Source of the DNA: Candidatus Poribacteria bacterium
Lineage (GTDB): Bacteria; Poribacteria; WGA-4E; WGA-3G
Length of the DNA stretch: 64,000 nt
Reading direction: 5' to 3'
Assembly: GCA_965205015.1 (NCBI GenBank)
Contig: OZ242029.1
Span: forward strand, 480,001 to 544,000
In this document: positions 40,813-51,811 of the stretch, one piece after another
How positions within the stretch are numbered: position 1 is the first letter of the stretch
Layout: each line of letters opens with the position of its first letter
The notes under the pieces: model-generated
What the model saw: only the letters and a program-made list of their open reading frames with translations
What the model was told of the DNA's origin: nothing
The model's database searches: none
Position numbers and translations under genes: made by a program

Positions 40813-40918
40813 ACAAGGTTGCTACAACTTCCCATAGAACCCAGTAGAAAAGGTCCCTCACGGCGACGGCAACCCCCTATTTCCTGAACTGTCTTGCATG
40901 CTTCCAGTTTCCGGTATT

Positions 40919-40977
40919 TATGGTAAACTTTAGAATTAATCAGACCCTCTCAGTCGGCGAGGTTTCCTAACCTCGCC
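40919..40977 (+). mobile_element. Partial MITE-like element: terminal-repeat-like end plus GGCGAGGTT palindrome
   Basis: TATGGTAAACTTTAGAATTAATCAGACCC matches the reverse complement of the right end of the 63281..63383 element (23/29 by manual alignment), followed by the same palindrome. Confidence 0.55.
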
Positions 40978-41198
40978 AACTCCTACACCAAAACACAAGC
41001 ACGAAATAACACGCCGCCTTCCGTGTAGCGGATGCACGACGTATAACGCTACATTATTGCCCGCAAATGCCTTTCAATGACAGCCCCTGTGTGGCACCCC
41101 AAACTTTGACTTATCTCCCACTGCAAAACCTGATCCCGCACAACAAGGGCTAAAAATCCCACACGTCTTTCCATTTTTTAAATTATGTTTAAATATTA

Positions 41199-41231
41199 TG
41201 TAAGTTTTCTGCATAGGAATTCGTCTTTAAT
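41199..41231 (+). promoter_or_regulatory. Putative ECF-type (autoregulatory) promoter
   Basis: TGTAAGTTTT-N13-CGTCTTTAAT. Confidence 0.6.
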
Positions 41232-41342
41232 ATATAAAGGGCATGAACCGTATCGCAACGCTTAATTTACAAGACACCGCATTCGATGAAGCCACTTGAC
41301 AGATGTAAACACGACTGAATCTGTTGATTGGGAGGGATTCGC

Positions 41343-44267
41343 GTGAAAAGAGAAGACGATGTTCAACTAATACACGATATTTTATCCGGCGACGACGCGG
41401 CATTCAGCGTCTTAGTCGAAAAATACCAAAAAAGCGTCCACGCCCTTGTGTGGCGGAAGATCGGCGATTTTCATCACGCCGAAGAAATTACGCAGGACAC
41501 CTTCCTGCAAGTCTACAAAAAACTCCCGACACTCAAAGATCCACATAAATTTGCGGGGTGGCTCTACGTCATCGCAAACCGACTTTGCATTGATTGGATG
41601 CGGAAGAATAATCTTATCACACAATCGCTGGAGGACACACCTGTGGAAGAAATTGAGAAATCCTCTTATACGCATCACGTATCGGAGCAGCGACAGACAG
41701 AGACCTCCGAGCGTCGCCGTGATATCGTCAAGAAACTTCTGGCAAGACTTCCGGAGAGTGAACGGACAGTCGTGACGCTCTATTATCTCGGCGAAATGAC
41801 CGTCAAAGAGATTAGTAAGTTCTTGGGTGTCTCTGTCAGTACGATTCATGTCCGTCTACATCGCGCACGAAAGCGTTTACAGGAAAAAGAAGAACACCTC
41901 GTTCAAGAAGTTCTCGGTGGCGTGCAGCTATCGACGAATTTAACCGAAAATATCATGCGCGAAATTCCGCGTATCAAGCCCCTATCGCCTACCGGAGGAA
42001 AACTACCCATCGTCCCGTGGGCAATCGCCGCTTCAATCTCCATTCTCATTGTGATGATGCTGGGGATCAGCAATCAATACTTGGCGCGTTTCCAGAGACC
42101 CTATAGTTTCGAGGCACAATCTGAACCGACGATTGAGATCGTCGATGTGCCTATCCTCCTTGATATAGTAGCAAAACCCGCTGTGCGAAGTCAAGCCGGG
42201 CGCGTCACCACTCCCGACAAAAATAGCAGTGCTGGCACACAAGTCTCTAATGGAACCTCAGCATCTGTTACATCGGAGAATACCGCCAAGTTTTCTACCA
42301 CACAATGGACGCAGGGCAACGGACCGCCAGCGGGTCCTGTACACAATATCTTCGCTACATCCGAGGGGACTGTCTATGCTGTTATACGAACAGGAATCTA
42401 TAGATTAGCAGCAGATGCGACCGCATGGACACACGTCAACGCGAGTGTCCCAATTGGTAAAGTGTTCATGCCGATGGCAGCGCATAGAGGGACGCTTTAT
42501 ATTGTTGCTGCCGATGAGATATTTGCTTCAGACAACAGGGGGGAGACGTGGAGGCCGCTCGGTCCCCGACCCGAGGGAGATGCCGTTGAACTCATCATCA
42601 CCGATGCCGAAGAAACGTCCAGTTCACAAGTGCCTTTTACGATATATCTCGCGCTGAGAGATGAAGGGATCTTCCGATCCACAGAGGGTGGCGCGCACTG
42701 GCGTCCTCTGAACGACGGATTGACAGCGGAAAAAATTTCCGCAATGACTGCCGTTGGAAAAACAGTGTTTGCGGGGACAGAGAACGGCCTCTACCGTCTC
42801 GATTCAGGTACGTGGAAAAAACTGCCATTGCATACATCGGGCGCCATCTGTTCCTTGGCAGTCTCTGGGACTGATCTTTATGCTGGAATAGGGCATGAGG
42901 TATTGGTGAGTTTAACGCGAGCGGAATTACGACAGATAGATCACGGAGATTTACATTTTACCGAGATATTTCATTCGACTGACTTAGGCGCGTCGTGGAC
43001 TGAAATAAAGCTTCGAAGTGAACATCTTCGCAAAATTTCACCCGCAGGTATAACGGTTTTGGCAACGGGTAAAACGCTCTTGGCATTGAGTTACGCCCAA
43101 TCTCGTTCAACGGATGGTGGACAAACGTGGACAGGACTTGAAGCTGATCAGAATTTTTTCGGGAGGAGTCGTCTTCCAGCCGTGATGGTCAACGAGAGAA
43201 CGTATTACAAAGCTAATTTCTGGGGCATTCACCGCACGACGGATGGCGGCGCGTCATGGCATCCATTTATGAATGGCGTGATCGGAACGATTGTAATCGA
43301 TCTCGTCGCGTTTAACAATAGATTATACGCGCATACGGGGTATGAAGTTTACCAATCAACAGATAGCGGTGTGTCTTGGAAAAAACTTTGGAATCGTGGG
43401 CAGGAAGTTGTACTCAACATCCCCACTACCCGATTGAGTTTTGAGTCAAAATTGATACCTGTCGGCGACATTCTTTATTCTCTGTCAAGTGTAGGAGATA
43501 ATTTGAGTATTTTCCGTTTATCTACCGATGGTGATATGCTCATTCCAGTTCGAGGTGTCCCCGTTTTCGATCGTAAAAAACTTGACGCAGAAAAATATCA
43601 TAAGTCAAAAGAAAAAGAGGATCTTCATGTAGCTCGTCTCAAAACTGAGACTGCTGCGGCGAGTCGTGATACCTTTTATGTAGAATACCGAGGCGAACTC
43701 TTCAAATGGAAATTGGGGGATTCGGCGTGGACCAGCACTGGATTGGTAGATGGGAGTCATCTACCTTTACCTGTCAACAATTTCAGAAAGGGATTCAAAT
43801 TAGCGGTTCTGGGAGGAACTGTCTACGTCGGTAAACGGGACGGTAAGTTGTTTCAGTCGCTTGATGAAGGGGAGCGTTGGAGAGACATCACACCAAACCT
43901 GCCGTTCCGCTTCACTCGCTTCAACGATATGGTCTTTGTAGGGACAACCCTCTACATCGCAACAGATAATGGCGTTACGGTTTCCAAAACTGCGGGACAG
44001 TGGCTTGTGCCAACCGATACTGCGGGAGAGCGTCCTATCATCAATAACTTTGCTGTAGATGGGAGCAAAGTTTATGGTGTCAGTGACGTGGGTGTCTACC
44101 GTTTGGATACCCATAATCAATGGAAGCAGGTTCCTACAGACGCACCGGGTGGCCTTGTTTCTCTCGCTATTACTAATGATAGACTCTATGGTGCTACCGA
44201 TCAGGTCAAGAGTGCTAAAGAGAACGGGATGTTTTACATCTCGCTTGAAGAGAATGAAGAGAAATAA
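41343..44267 (+). CDS. ECF sigma factor fused via TM helix to a BNR/Asp-box beta-propeller
   Basis: Full-length paralog of 30143..33121; GGAGGG RBS before GTG. Confidence 0.88.
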   Translation: MKREDDVQLIHDILSGDDAAFSVLVEKYQKSVHALVWRKIGDFHHAEEITQDTFLQVYKKLPTLKDPHKFAGWLYVIANRLCIDWMRKNNLITQSLEDTPVEEIEKSSYTHHVSEQRQTETSERRRDIVKKLLARLPESERTVVTLYYLGEMTVKEISKFLGVSVSTIHVRLHRARKRLQEKEEHLVQEVLGGVQLSTNLTENIMREIPRIKPLSPTGGKLPIVPWAIAASISILIVMMLGISNQYLARFQRPYSFEAQSEPTIEIVDVPILLDIVAKPAVRSQAGRVTTPDKNSSAGTQVSNGTSASVTSENTAKFSTTQWTQGNGPPAGPVHNIFATSEGTVYAVIRTGIYRLAADATAWTHVNASVPIGKVFMPMAAHRGTLYIVAADEIFASDNRGETWRPLGPRPEGDAVELIITDAEETSSSQVPFTIYLALRDEGIFRSTEGGAHWRPLNDGLTAEKISAMTAVGKTVFAGTENGLYRLDSGTWKKLPLHTSGAICSLAVSGTDLYAGIGHEVLVSLTRAELRQIDHGDLHFTEIFHSTDLGASWTEIKLRSEHLRKISPAGITVLATGKTLLALSYAQSRSTDGGQTWTGLEADQNFFGRSRLPAVMVNERTYYKANFWGIHRTTDGGASWHPFMNGVIGTIVIDLVAFNNRLYAHTGYEVYQSTDSGVSWKKLWNRGQEVVLNIPTTRLSFESKLIPVGDILYSLSSVGDNLSIFRLSTDGDMLIPVRGVPVFDRKKLDAEKYHKSKEKEDLHVARLKTETAAASRDTFYVEYRGELFKWKLGDSAWTSTGLVDGSHLPLPVNNFRKGFKLAVLGGTVYVGKRDGKLFQSLDEGERWRDITPNLPFRFTRFNDMVFVGTTLYIATDNGVTVSKTAGQWLVPTDTAGERPIINNFAVDGSKVYGVSDVGVYRLDTHNQWKQVPTDAPGGLVSLAITNDRLYGATDQVKSAKENGMFYISLEENEEK

Positions 44268-44337
44268 GTAACATCTAACGACACCTCATCAACAAACCGA
44301 GTTTAAATGAGGGATAAAATTAAAATCAAGGAGAATT

Positions 44338-45228
44338 ATGAAGATGAGATATCTACAAAATCTACCGCTTTTTGCATGCCTCTTTCTGATCGCACTCATC
44401 CCGTTGCGTGCGAAAGCATTCCCACCCGCTTCCCCCGCCGGGGGCAACTATTTAGTCCTCGATGGGGTGGACGACTCTGCGGTTTTAGATTTTAAAACCT
44501 TCGGTATCCTCTTGCCAAAAGGCACAGACGAGTTCACCGTTGAAGCGTGGGTGTATCCGACCACACCGCCTGACAAGGATACAAGCGCAACGATCCTCAG
44601 CCAACAGGTGCTGATGAATGTCGTGGGTGGCGATCGAGACGGATGGGAGGACATAAAGAAGCAGATCGATTGGCAGAAGGGAGATTTAATCTTAGCAATG
44701 CAAGCGTATATTGATAGGGGACGAGGGAATGCCGGGACACCGTTCCATCCGGTAGCACTTTCCCCGAACCAATGGAATCACATCGCTTATCAGGCGAAAG
44801 GGAGAGAGACAGCAACCATCGTTAACGATTTGGTACACATCTTACCGCAAAGCACAACGCTCGCACATGATCTCGCAGAATTCAAGCACCCAAAGGATTT
44901 TACACTCGGAGGATTTGGAAAGAAAATTGAGATGCGCAATAATTACTTTTGGGGCTCTTTTGCGGGATGTATTGATGAGGTCCGCGTCTCAACGGCTGCG
45001 CGTTACGATGTCGACAAAAAAGGGTTCACGCCGCGCACAAAGTTCAAGAATGACGCAAAAACGATTGCGCTGTGGCATTTTGATGAACCGAGCGGAACCC
45101 AGAAATTTTCAGACGCATCAGGCAACGCACACCATCTGGTCGGTAAAAATGGCGCAAAGACTGGAAACACACTCGCAGTCGACCCCCAAGGAAAACTCAC
45201 GACGACGTGGGGACGACTTAAGCCCTAA
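44338..45228 (+). CDS. Secreted LamG-like domain protein with GKLTTTWGRLK tail
   Basis: Signal peptide, LDGVDD, FTVEAWVYP, WNHIA, GCIDEVRVS, ALWHFDE. Confidence 0.85.
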   Translation: MKMRYLQNLPLFACLFLIALIPLRAKAFPPASPAGGNYLVLDGVDDSAVLDFKTFGILLPKGTDEFTVEAWVYPTTPPDKDTSATILSQQVLMNVVGGDRDGWEDIKKQIDWQKGDLILAMQAYIDRGRGNAGTPFHPVALSPNQWNHIAYQAKGRETATIVNDLVHILPQSTTLAHDLAEFKHPKDFTLGGFGKKIEMRNNYFWGSFAGCIDEVRVSTAARYDVDKKGFTPRTKFKNDAKTIALWHFDEPSGTQKFSDASGNAHHLVGKNGAKTGNTLAVDPQGKLTTTWGRLKP

Positions 45229-45465
45229 AAGGAAATATTGCGAATTCACTATAAGATTAATATAGGTGTGGTGAGAGCCACATCTATTCTATATTAGCCT
45301 CACTTTTTTCATGTGCCCCAACCCCGAAGTTGCTATGATCCTTGCAAATTAGCACATTTTCTGTTTCGTGGGCGGCGTTCCAACTTCCCCTTTATTAACT
45401 TTCTGTTTTAGACGATCCCTCCAACCAACGTTTTTGCGTAAGCATCCCACTTTTTCGCGGAATTC

Positions 45466-45492
45466 TGTAAGTTTTTATCCCCAAGTCGCGTC
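45466..45492 (+). promoter_or_regulatory. Putative ECF-type (autoregulatory) promoter
   Basis: TGTAAGTTTT-N13-CGTC. Confidence 0.6.
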
Positions 45493-45536
45493 ACTATACC
45501 ATACGAAAATAAGACACTATTTTTTTAGAGGTTTTG

Positions 45537-47093
45537 ATGAGAAACGATAACGCTGAACTGATTCAACGTATCCTTGAGGGCGATGATGCTGCTTTTGCGT
45601 GCTTAGTGAAGAAATACCAAAAGCGGGTTCACGCGCTCGCATGGCGGAAAATAGGGGACTTCCATATCGCTGAAGATATTACGCAGGAAACGTTCTTACA
45701 AGTCTATCGGAATTTGGCGAAGCTGAAAGATCGAAGTCAGTTTCCGGGGTGGCTTTATGTGATTGCCAACCGCCGCTGCCTCGCATGGCTCCGCAAAAAA
45801 CAGGTCCAAACGCAACCTTTGGAGGAGATGGATATAGCAATGACAGAGAGGAGTTCCTATTCCAGACATGTCGCTACAGAGCAAGCAGAACGTGCAGCAG
45901 AAACAAAACGCGAATTGGTCAAAAACTTACTGTCGAAGTTGAAAGAGAGCGATCGCACTGTTCTGACGCTCTACTACTTCGGTGAGATGACGTATGCGGA
46001 GATAAGTGAGTTTTTAGGTGTATCCGTCAATACAGTCGCGACGCGTGTCCACCGTGCGCGGGAACGTTTAAAAAAGTACGAACCTATGATTCGAGAGGCA
46101 CTCGGCAGTTTCCAACTGTCTCCCAATTTAACAGAGAACATTATGCGCGAGATTGCGCATATCAAACCCTTACCGCCTACCGGAGGGGAGCCACCCATCG
46201 TCCCGTGGGCAATCGCCACTTCAACTGCTATTCTCGTTGTGATGATGCTCGGCGTCAGCAACCAATACTTCGCGCGTTTCCAGCAACCCTACAGTTTTGA
46301 TGCCAGCTCCGAAATGACAGTAGAAATTATTGATGCATCCATTGTCCTTGATCTCCGATCAAAGCCGGATGTCCGAAACCAGTTTGGAAATACCGACGGC
46401 ACCCATAAAAGGAAGGGTACAGGCATGAGACTTAACGATATACTTGAATCACACTTTAATGCCATTGGCGGCCTCGCGCGGCTCTCAGAAATTCGGAATA
46501 TCCGACGTTCCGGCGACGCACAACTGACGCAGTGGAATGGGCAACCTGTGAACGAATCGGGTCGCGTTGAAATAGCAGCAGTCGTTGGAAAAAAATCGTA
46601 TAACCAACACGACTTCGGTGCACTCTTCAGTGAAACCAGTGTCTGGAATGGTGTAGGAGGTTGGAAATCCGTTATGGGAAGCAGTCCAACACTCCTTCCA
46701 GAAACAGAATATGGGCGTGTCAAAAGCACAACCTATATGGATCCATTGCAGGCAATCTACGAAGAATTTGGTAGTAGTGTACTTCAACAAATTGAAGATG
46801 AACTGTTCCGAGGTAAGGAATGCTCCGTAATTCGAGTTATTGACACGGAAGATGTATTCTATATCGATAAAACTTCTAATCTACTCGTCGGAGCGAAGAC
46901 CATCTATACAGGTCTAAACGTCAAAGATGCTATCGCGGTCCTTCACTACGCCGATTATACGGATTATGAAGGTGTCATGTTGCCCAATTCCTACGAAATC
47001 TTTATTGGAGACGGGGCGTTAACGGTCAATTACACCATTACAAAAACGGAGATTGATACCCTCTTAGACGAGACGATTTTTGAGAAACCGTAA
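45537..47093 (+). CDS. ECF sigma factor fused via TM helix to a LolA/outer-membrane-sorting-like domain
   Basis: Same sigma-TM chassis; C-domain ILESHFNAIGG...FYIDKTSNLL...YADYTDYEGVMLP...DETIFEKP (fold assignment from recall). Confidence 0.8.
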   Translation: MRNDNAELIQRILEGDDAAFACLVKKYQKRVHALAWRKIGDFHIAEDITQETFLQVYRNLAKLKDRSQFPGWLYVIANRRCLAWLRKKQVQTQPLEEMDIAMTERSSYSRHVATEQAERAAETKRELVKNLLSKLKESDRTVLTLYYFGEMTYAEISEFLGVSVNTVATRVHRARERLKKYEPMIREALGSFQLSPNLTENIMREIAHIKPLPPTGGEPPIVPWAIATSTAILVVMMLGVSNQYFARFQQPYSFDASSEMTVEIIDASIVLDLRSKPDVRNQFGNTDGTHKRKGTGMRLNDILESHFNAIGGLARLSEIRNIRRSGDAQLTQWNGQPVNESGRVEIAAVVGKKSYNQHDFGALFSETSVWNGVGGWKSVMGSSPTLLPETEYGRVKSTTYMDPLQAIYEEFGSSVLQQIEDELFRGKECSVIRVIDTEDVFYIDKTSNLLVGAKTIYTGLNVKDAIAVLHYADYTDYEGVMLPNSYEIFIGDGALTVNYTITKTEIDTLLDETIFEKP

Positions 47094-47173
47094 TGTGTGG
47101 GTAGGCACAAGACCTAAGGAAACACCCAAGTAAAAACCCCCTACAGTGATTTTTGGGGAAGGAAAGCTCATTG

Positions 47174-49564
47174 ATGAAATTTTGCTTATATTCCGTCCTA
47201 TTTATTGGGATCATGATGCCGTTTTTTGTTTTCGCCGAGGCGAACACTACTGAAGAAAATACGCCCGAAAACACTCGACAGTCCGTCTCGCTTACCCCCG
47301 GTGATATAGAAGGCACTGTCTACTCCCAAGACACCGACACACCCTTAGCTGCGGCAAAGGTGCGGTGTGTCGAAATCAACGTGTCTACAAAAACCGATGC
47401 ATCCGGGAACTTCCAGTTTACTGGTATTACCCCCGGCATCTATACGTTGTCGATTTTGCATTCAACGTCCGAAACACCGACGATCGCGAAAATAGAGGTA
47501 ACCGCCGATGATACCACACCGGTGAAAATATACCTCAGAACAGCTGTTCAACTCGAAAAAGTTCTCGTTGAAGGACAACGGCTTTCGCCAACAATCAGCC
47601 GTAAAGTGATGCGAGGCAGCGAGTTGATACGGATTCCCAGTGCTGGAAGTGACGCACTCAGGGCGATCACGACACTGCCGGGCATCGGTGTCCCCAATGA
47701 TTTTCTCCGTGCACTCCATATCCGTGGGAGCGCGCCGGGTGATACACGGATCTATCTCGACAGAACCCCACTCAGTTATCCGTTTCACTTCGGCGGATTC
47801 TTCTCAACGACGCATTCGGATAGTATTGAGGACATCTTTGTGTATGCAGCCGGCTACGGTGCCGAATTCGGGTTAGATTCACAATCGGTTATCGACATCC
47901 GGACCCGTGAACGTTTAAATAAAAAACGGGCGGGTGTTTTAGACTTCAATTTTATATCCCCGTACGGGTTCTTTGAAACCAAGATCGGAGAAAAAGGATA
48001 CGCATCCATCGCCGGACGATTCACGACCTATAATATCATACTCGGGCTTTTCTTTGATTGGACGTTTCCGACGTGGTCGGATTATCACCTCAAATTTGCT
48101 TATCAACTCACCGAAAAACATCACCTCACCCTCAACGGCATCGGCGCGACAGATCATTTCGACTTCTCTGACACCGGATCAGAAGAAACATCACGTTCTT
48201 CCGCATATTTCAAGAACGGCTTTCAGGCAGAAGGCATCCACCTCCGTTCACATCTCACGGATAGACTCACATCGCATCTCTCTCTTACACATTCCTATAA
48301 TTTCCTCAATGTCAATTTCGGAGGCGATCCAAATCAAGGCGATGCCTCGCCAAGCGAAAAATTCATCTACGCCGTCCAAGTCAATGTCCCAACGTATACC
48401 CTTCGCGAAGACATCTCCTACCAACTCACACCGAAACTCCAACTTGAGCCAGGATTCCTTTTCGCCTTCAGCCCAGCCGAAAGCACGACATACACTGTTC
48501 TCCCAGAGAACATCAGTTCCGATGACGAGAAACTCGTTTGGAAAGAGAAATTCGACGCATTCCATTACGACTTCCAGCAGGCAGAAGGATACCTACAAGC
48601 ACGCTACGATCCGTTATCCTTTCTGTCTATTGCTCTTGGTGTGCGATTGGATTATCTCAATTTGACGGAAGAACTCTCAATCCAACCGCGCGGCAGTCTT
48701 AGCATCACACTGCCCACAACATCCACGCTCCGATTCGCCTACGGTCGATACGAACAGAGTCCATTTGCGTATCAAGTCCTAAAATCGAATGGAAACAGGG
48801 AACTAAAATCGAGTGTCGCCGAGCATTATGTCATGGAATTAGAACACGCGCTCTCACTACAAACCGAACTCAAATTCGCACTTTACCACAAGAACATGGA
48901 AAAACTCGTCACTCGATCTATTAATGTCGATGCATTGTTTGATGGCATGGATACACCGATTACAACCGCATATCTCAATCAAGGCATAGGCTTTGTAAAC
49001 GGGGCAGAGATCTTCCTACGGCACCGTGTGAGCGAAAAGTTTTTCGGGTGGTTCTCCTACGCATACACCCATGCTGAGCGACGTGAGACACCAGCTGCTC
49101 TCTACAAACCGTTTCTTTTTGACAATACACACATTGTTAGCCTCGTTGCCAACTACAGTCCAACACCAAAAAACGATATTGGTGCAAAATGGCAATATGT
49201 CAGCGGCACCGCTGCAGTTCCACTGAGCACCCTCCTTATGATTCAAGACCCTGTCACGCTCGGTATGCATCCACTTCTCTCCGATGTCGCAGGCGCGATT
49301 GCCCCCGCTGCATTTCAGGCATATCACCGTTTGGATCTCCGTTTGAGCCGTCAAAGAACGCAATGGGGCATTCCTGTAACAGAGTTTATAGAAGCTTGGA
49401 ACGTCTACAACAGCAAAAACGCGATACAGTTCAGTTTCCCGGACCAATTCCCGGACCAATTTGTTGAATTTGAAGGACTCCCCTTAGATGTGGAGGCATC
49501 GGAGTCTAAGAGTCCCGTGCGGTTCCCTTTTAACTTCACTTTCGGTGCTACATACAAATTTTGA
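47174..49564 (+). CDS. TonB-dependent receptor with N-terminal carboxypeptidase-regulatory-like domain
   Basis: Signal peptide, TDASGNFQFTGITPGIY, plug motifs LPG / IRG / AEFG, YHRLDLR, NVYN, terminal F. Confidence 0.85.
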   Translation: MKFCLYSVLFIGIMMPFFVFAEANTTEENTPENTRQSVSLTPGDIEGTVYSQDTDTPLAAAKVRCVEINVSTKTDASGNFQFTGITPGIYTLSILHSTSETPTIAKIEVTADDTTPVKIYLRTAVQLEKVLVEGQRLSPTISRKVMRGSELIRIPSAGSDALRAITTLPGIGVPNDFLRALHIRGSAPGDTRIYLDRTPLSYPFHFGGFFSTTHSDSIEDIFVYAAGYGAEFGLDSQSVIDIRTRERLNKKRAGVLDFNFISPYGFFETKIGEKGYASIAGRFTTYNIILGLFFDWTFPTWSDYHLKFAYQLTEKHHLTLNGIGATDHFDFSDTGSEETSRSSAYFKNGFQAEGIHLRSHLTDRLTSHLSLTHSYNFLNVNFGGDPNQGDASPSEKFIYAVQVNVPTYTLREDISYQLTPKLQLEPGFLFAFSPAESTTYTVLPENISSDDEKLVWKEKFDAFHYDFQQAEGYLQARYDPLSFLSIALGVRLDYLNLTEELSIQPRGSLSITLPTTSTLRFAYGRYEQSPFAYQVLKSNGNRELKSSVAEHYVMELEHALSLQTELKFALYHKNMEKLVTRSINVDALFDGMDTPITTAYLNQGIGFVNGAEIFLRHRVSEKFFGWFSYAYTHAERRETPAALYKPFLFDNTHIVSLVANYSPTPKNDIGAKWQYVSGTAAVPLSTLLMIQDPVTLGMHPLLSDVAGAIAPAAFQAYHRLDLRLSRQRTQWGIPVTEFIEAWNVYNSKNAIQFSFPDQFPDQFVEFEGLPLDVEASESKSPVRFPFNFTFGATYKF

Positions 49565-49741
49565 CGTAGTACGTTGCCAAACTCGAAGGTATTATATTTT
49601 AACGCAATAAGTAGTTTTGGACTTGAGAAATCGAGAGGAAAACGCATTGCTCCCTCGTGTTGATAAAAAGTGGTACCACCGTGTCATTCTCAAAGAAAAT
49701 TCGGGTTTCGGGAACGGATGAAAATCGTGTAGTTTGAAGAG

Positions 49742-51811
49742 TTATTCCAACACATCTGGACGATTCCAAATCAATGGTTGTCCGAGAAGGTGATGACAGA
49801 ACCATTTCAGGTTCTGCGACATCACTGCCCGGGCAGCCCTCGGTGCCACATTTGGCACACCGTGTCCCATATCCGGATATAGGAAAAATTCAACAGCGAT
49901 ACCTTGTGTTTCAAGGGCACGATGCAGTTCTTGTGCGTTTGCGAAGGGGACGACGACATCGGTATCGCCATGCTGGATGAGGGTCGGCGTTTTTTTCTTT
50001 ATCTCGGCAGTTACAGGTGATGCTTGCCGATAGATTTCTGAATTCTCTTGAGGTGTGCCACCGAACACCTTTTCTGCAAAACGATAGAATTCGGATGTAG
50101 CGTGATAGTTCATCCAATTGGCGATGCCAGCACCTACGCTTACTGCAGCAAAATCGTCTGAATGTGTAGCCGCAAAGGCAGCCACGAACCCTCCGTAACT
50201 CCAACCCGCACAACCTACACGTTCCTCATCCACATATCCCTGATCAATCAGATGATTAATACCACATTCTACATCCCACAATTCACCCGTTCCAATGTTC
50301 CCACGGTTCAATTCAAGGAAAGCATGTCCCCGTCCATCTGAACCGCGGTAGTTCGGTTTCAGCACTAAAATTCCGTGAGCGAGGAATTGAACCGTTGGAT
50401 AAAACCAACGATCTTCCCAGTCGAGCCGAAGTTCAAGCGATGCGGTCGCTGGACCCCCATGCACTACCACAATCAGTGGATATTTTCGAGTTGGATCAAA
50501 ATCAATAGGCTTAAATAGGACCCCCTCAATTTTTGTGTTGTCTCGGCTTTGCCATTGAATCGTTTTTCTTGTGCCCCACGCCCAGTCTTCACACAAGGCA
50601 CTAAAATCCGTAATCTTCTGACAAGGCACTGAGGAAAATCGGGCAGATAGGTGTTCCACAACGGAGCCAACAACGAGCTCTGGAATGTGGTTCGGTCCTC
50701 CGGCGACGAATGCCAAGACTCCAGTATTGGAGATGTCAAAGCCCTTGAACGGTGGCGTGTAAAGTGGATACAGATCCCCGAAGTCAAGAACATCCAACCC
50801 ACCTGCTGCGTCAAGTCGCGCAAGGCACGGCAAGGTCCCATCAATATAATGGATATAAACCCCCTTGGTGTTCCACACCGCTGTCAGGATCTGCTGCTCA
50901 AAATGCGTTGTCAGGCAACATAAATCTGATACCGATGTACCCGAAGAAAGGGAACATGTCCAGATCGACCATGGTTCATTTGAGAAGAAATTGGAACGTC
51001 CGCCATCCCAATTAAGTAGAAGTGTCTGCCCGTCGGAAGCCACGTCCAGAACAACTGCCCTTGCTGGTAGATCTAACCGCTCCCAAGGCAACTTCGATGC
51101 CCCATTTCCCTCGGATACAACAGTTTGTTCCAATTCGTTGGGGCTCGTGGAAAGCCGCCAGACACACACTTCATCAAAATTCTGCCGAAATTGGCAGTTT
51201 AGATAAAGGGCGTTCTTTGAGGTACAGAGATCCCGTATCTGCAGAGAGGGATCCAGTTCCTCCGTTAACTTCAGCGTATTGGGTGAATCGTCCGACGTTA
51301 TGTCTATTGGTGTTTCTTCGTTAGGCAAACTTGTATAGACAAGCTGCGATGTTCGCAACTCTTGATCCACATGAGTATAAATGTCGTCCCGCTGCTCTTG
51401 TTCAGCACTTGGGGACGTATCGGTCCGATAGATAACTCCGTTACCATAACACCAGAACTGCTGCACACCGGATGGTGAAAATGTGATTTGCGTGCCAGAA
51501 GCATTACCATTACGGAATATCCATACCTGTGGTTTTTCTCCAAAACGCGCCGAGTCTTTTGGGTCGCGACGCAGCACCACAAGCGTGTTATCATCCACCC
51601 AACGTGGACACCAAGTATTCTCGGTTATTTTCCGCGTGTCATTTTCATCAATGTTGTGAACATAGCAGGTTAGGACATACTTGTTTGCCCTCCAGTCAGC
51701 CGTTCGTATCACATAGGCGACACGTTTTCCATTAGGGGTAACCGCAATTTCAGTGACGAACGGGAGAGAGATCATATCGGTAATTGTGGGTATACGCTGT
51801 TGATTTTTCAT
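49742..51811 (-). CDS. S9 family (prolyl oligopeptidase/acylaminoacyl) peptidase
   Basis: HGGP, PNYRGS, GWSYGG nucleophile, HGDTD, GHG. Confidence 0.9.
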   Translation of the reverse strand: MKNQQRIPTITDMISLPFVTEIAVTPNGKRVAYVIRTADWRANKYVLTCYVHNIDENDTRKITENTWCPRWVDDNTLVVLRRDPKDSARFGEKPQVWIFRNGNASGTQITFSPSGVQQFWCYGNGVIYRTDTSPSAEQEQRDDIYTHVDQELRTSQLVYTSLPNEETPIDITSDDSPNTLKLTEELDPSLQIRDLCTSKNALYLNCQFRQNFDEVCVWRLSTSPNELEQTVVSEGNGASKLPWERLDLPARAVVLDVASDGQTLLLNWDGGRSNFFSNEPWSIWTCSLSSGTSVSDLCCLTTHFEQQILTAVWNTKGVYIHYIDGTLPCLARLDAAGGLDVLDFGDLYPLYTPPFKGFDISNTGVLAFVAGGPNHIPELVVGSVVEHLSARFSSVPCQKITDFSALCEDWAWGTRKTIQWQSRDNTKIEGVLFKPIDFDPTRKYPLIVVVHGGPATASLELRLDWEDRWFYPTVQFLAHGILVLKPNYRGSDGRGHAFLELNRGNIGTGELWDVECGINHLIDQGYVDEERVGCAGWSYGGFVAAFAATHSDDFAAVSVGAGIANWMNYHATSEFYRFAEKVFGGTPQENSEIYRQASPVTAEIKKKTPTLIQHGDTDVVVPFANAQELHRALETQGIAVEFFLYPDMGHGVPNVAPRAARAVMSQNLKWFCHHLLGQPLIWNRPDVLE

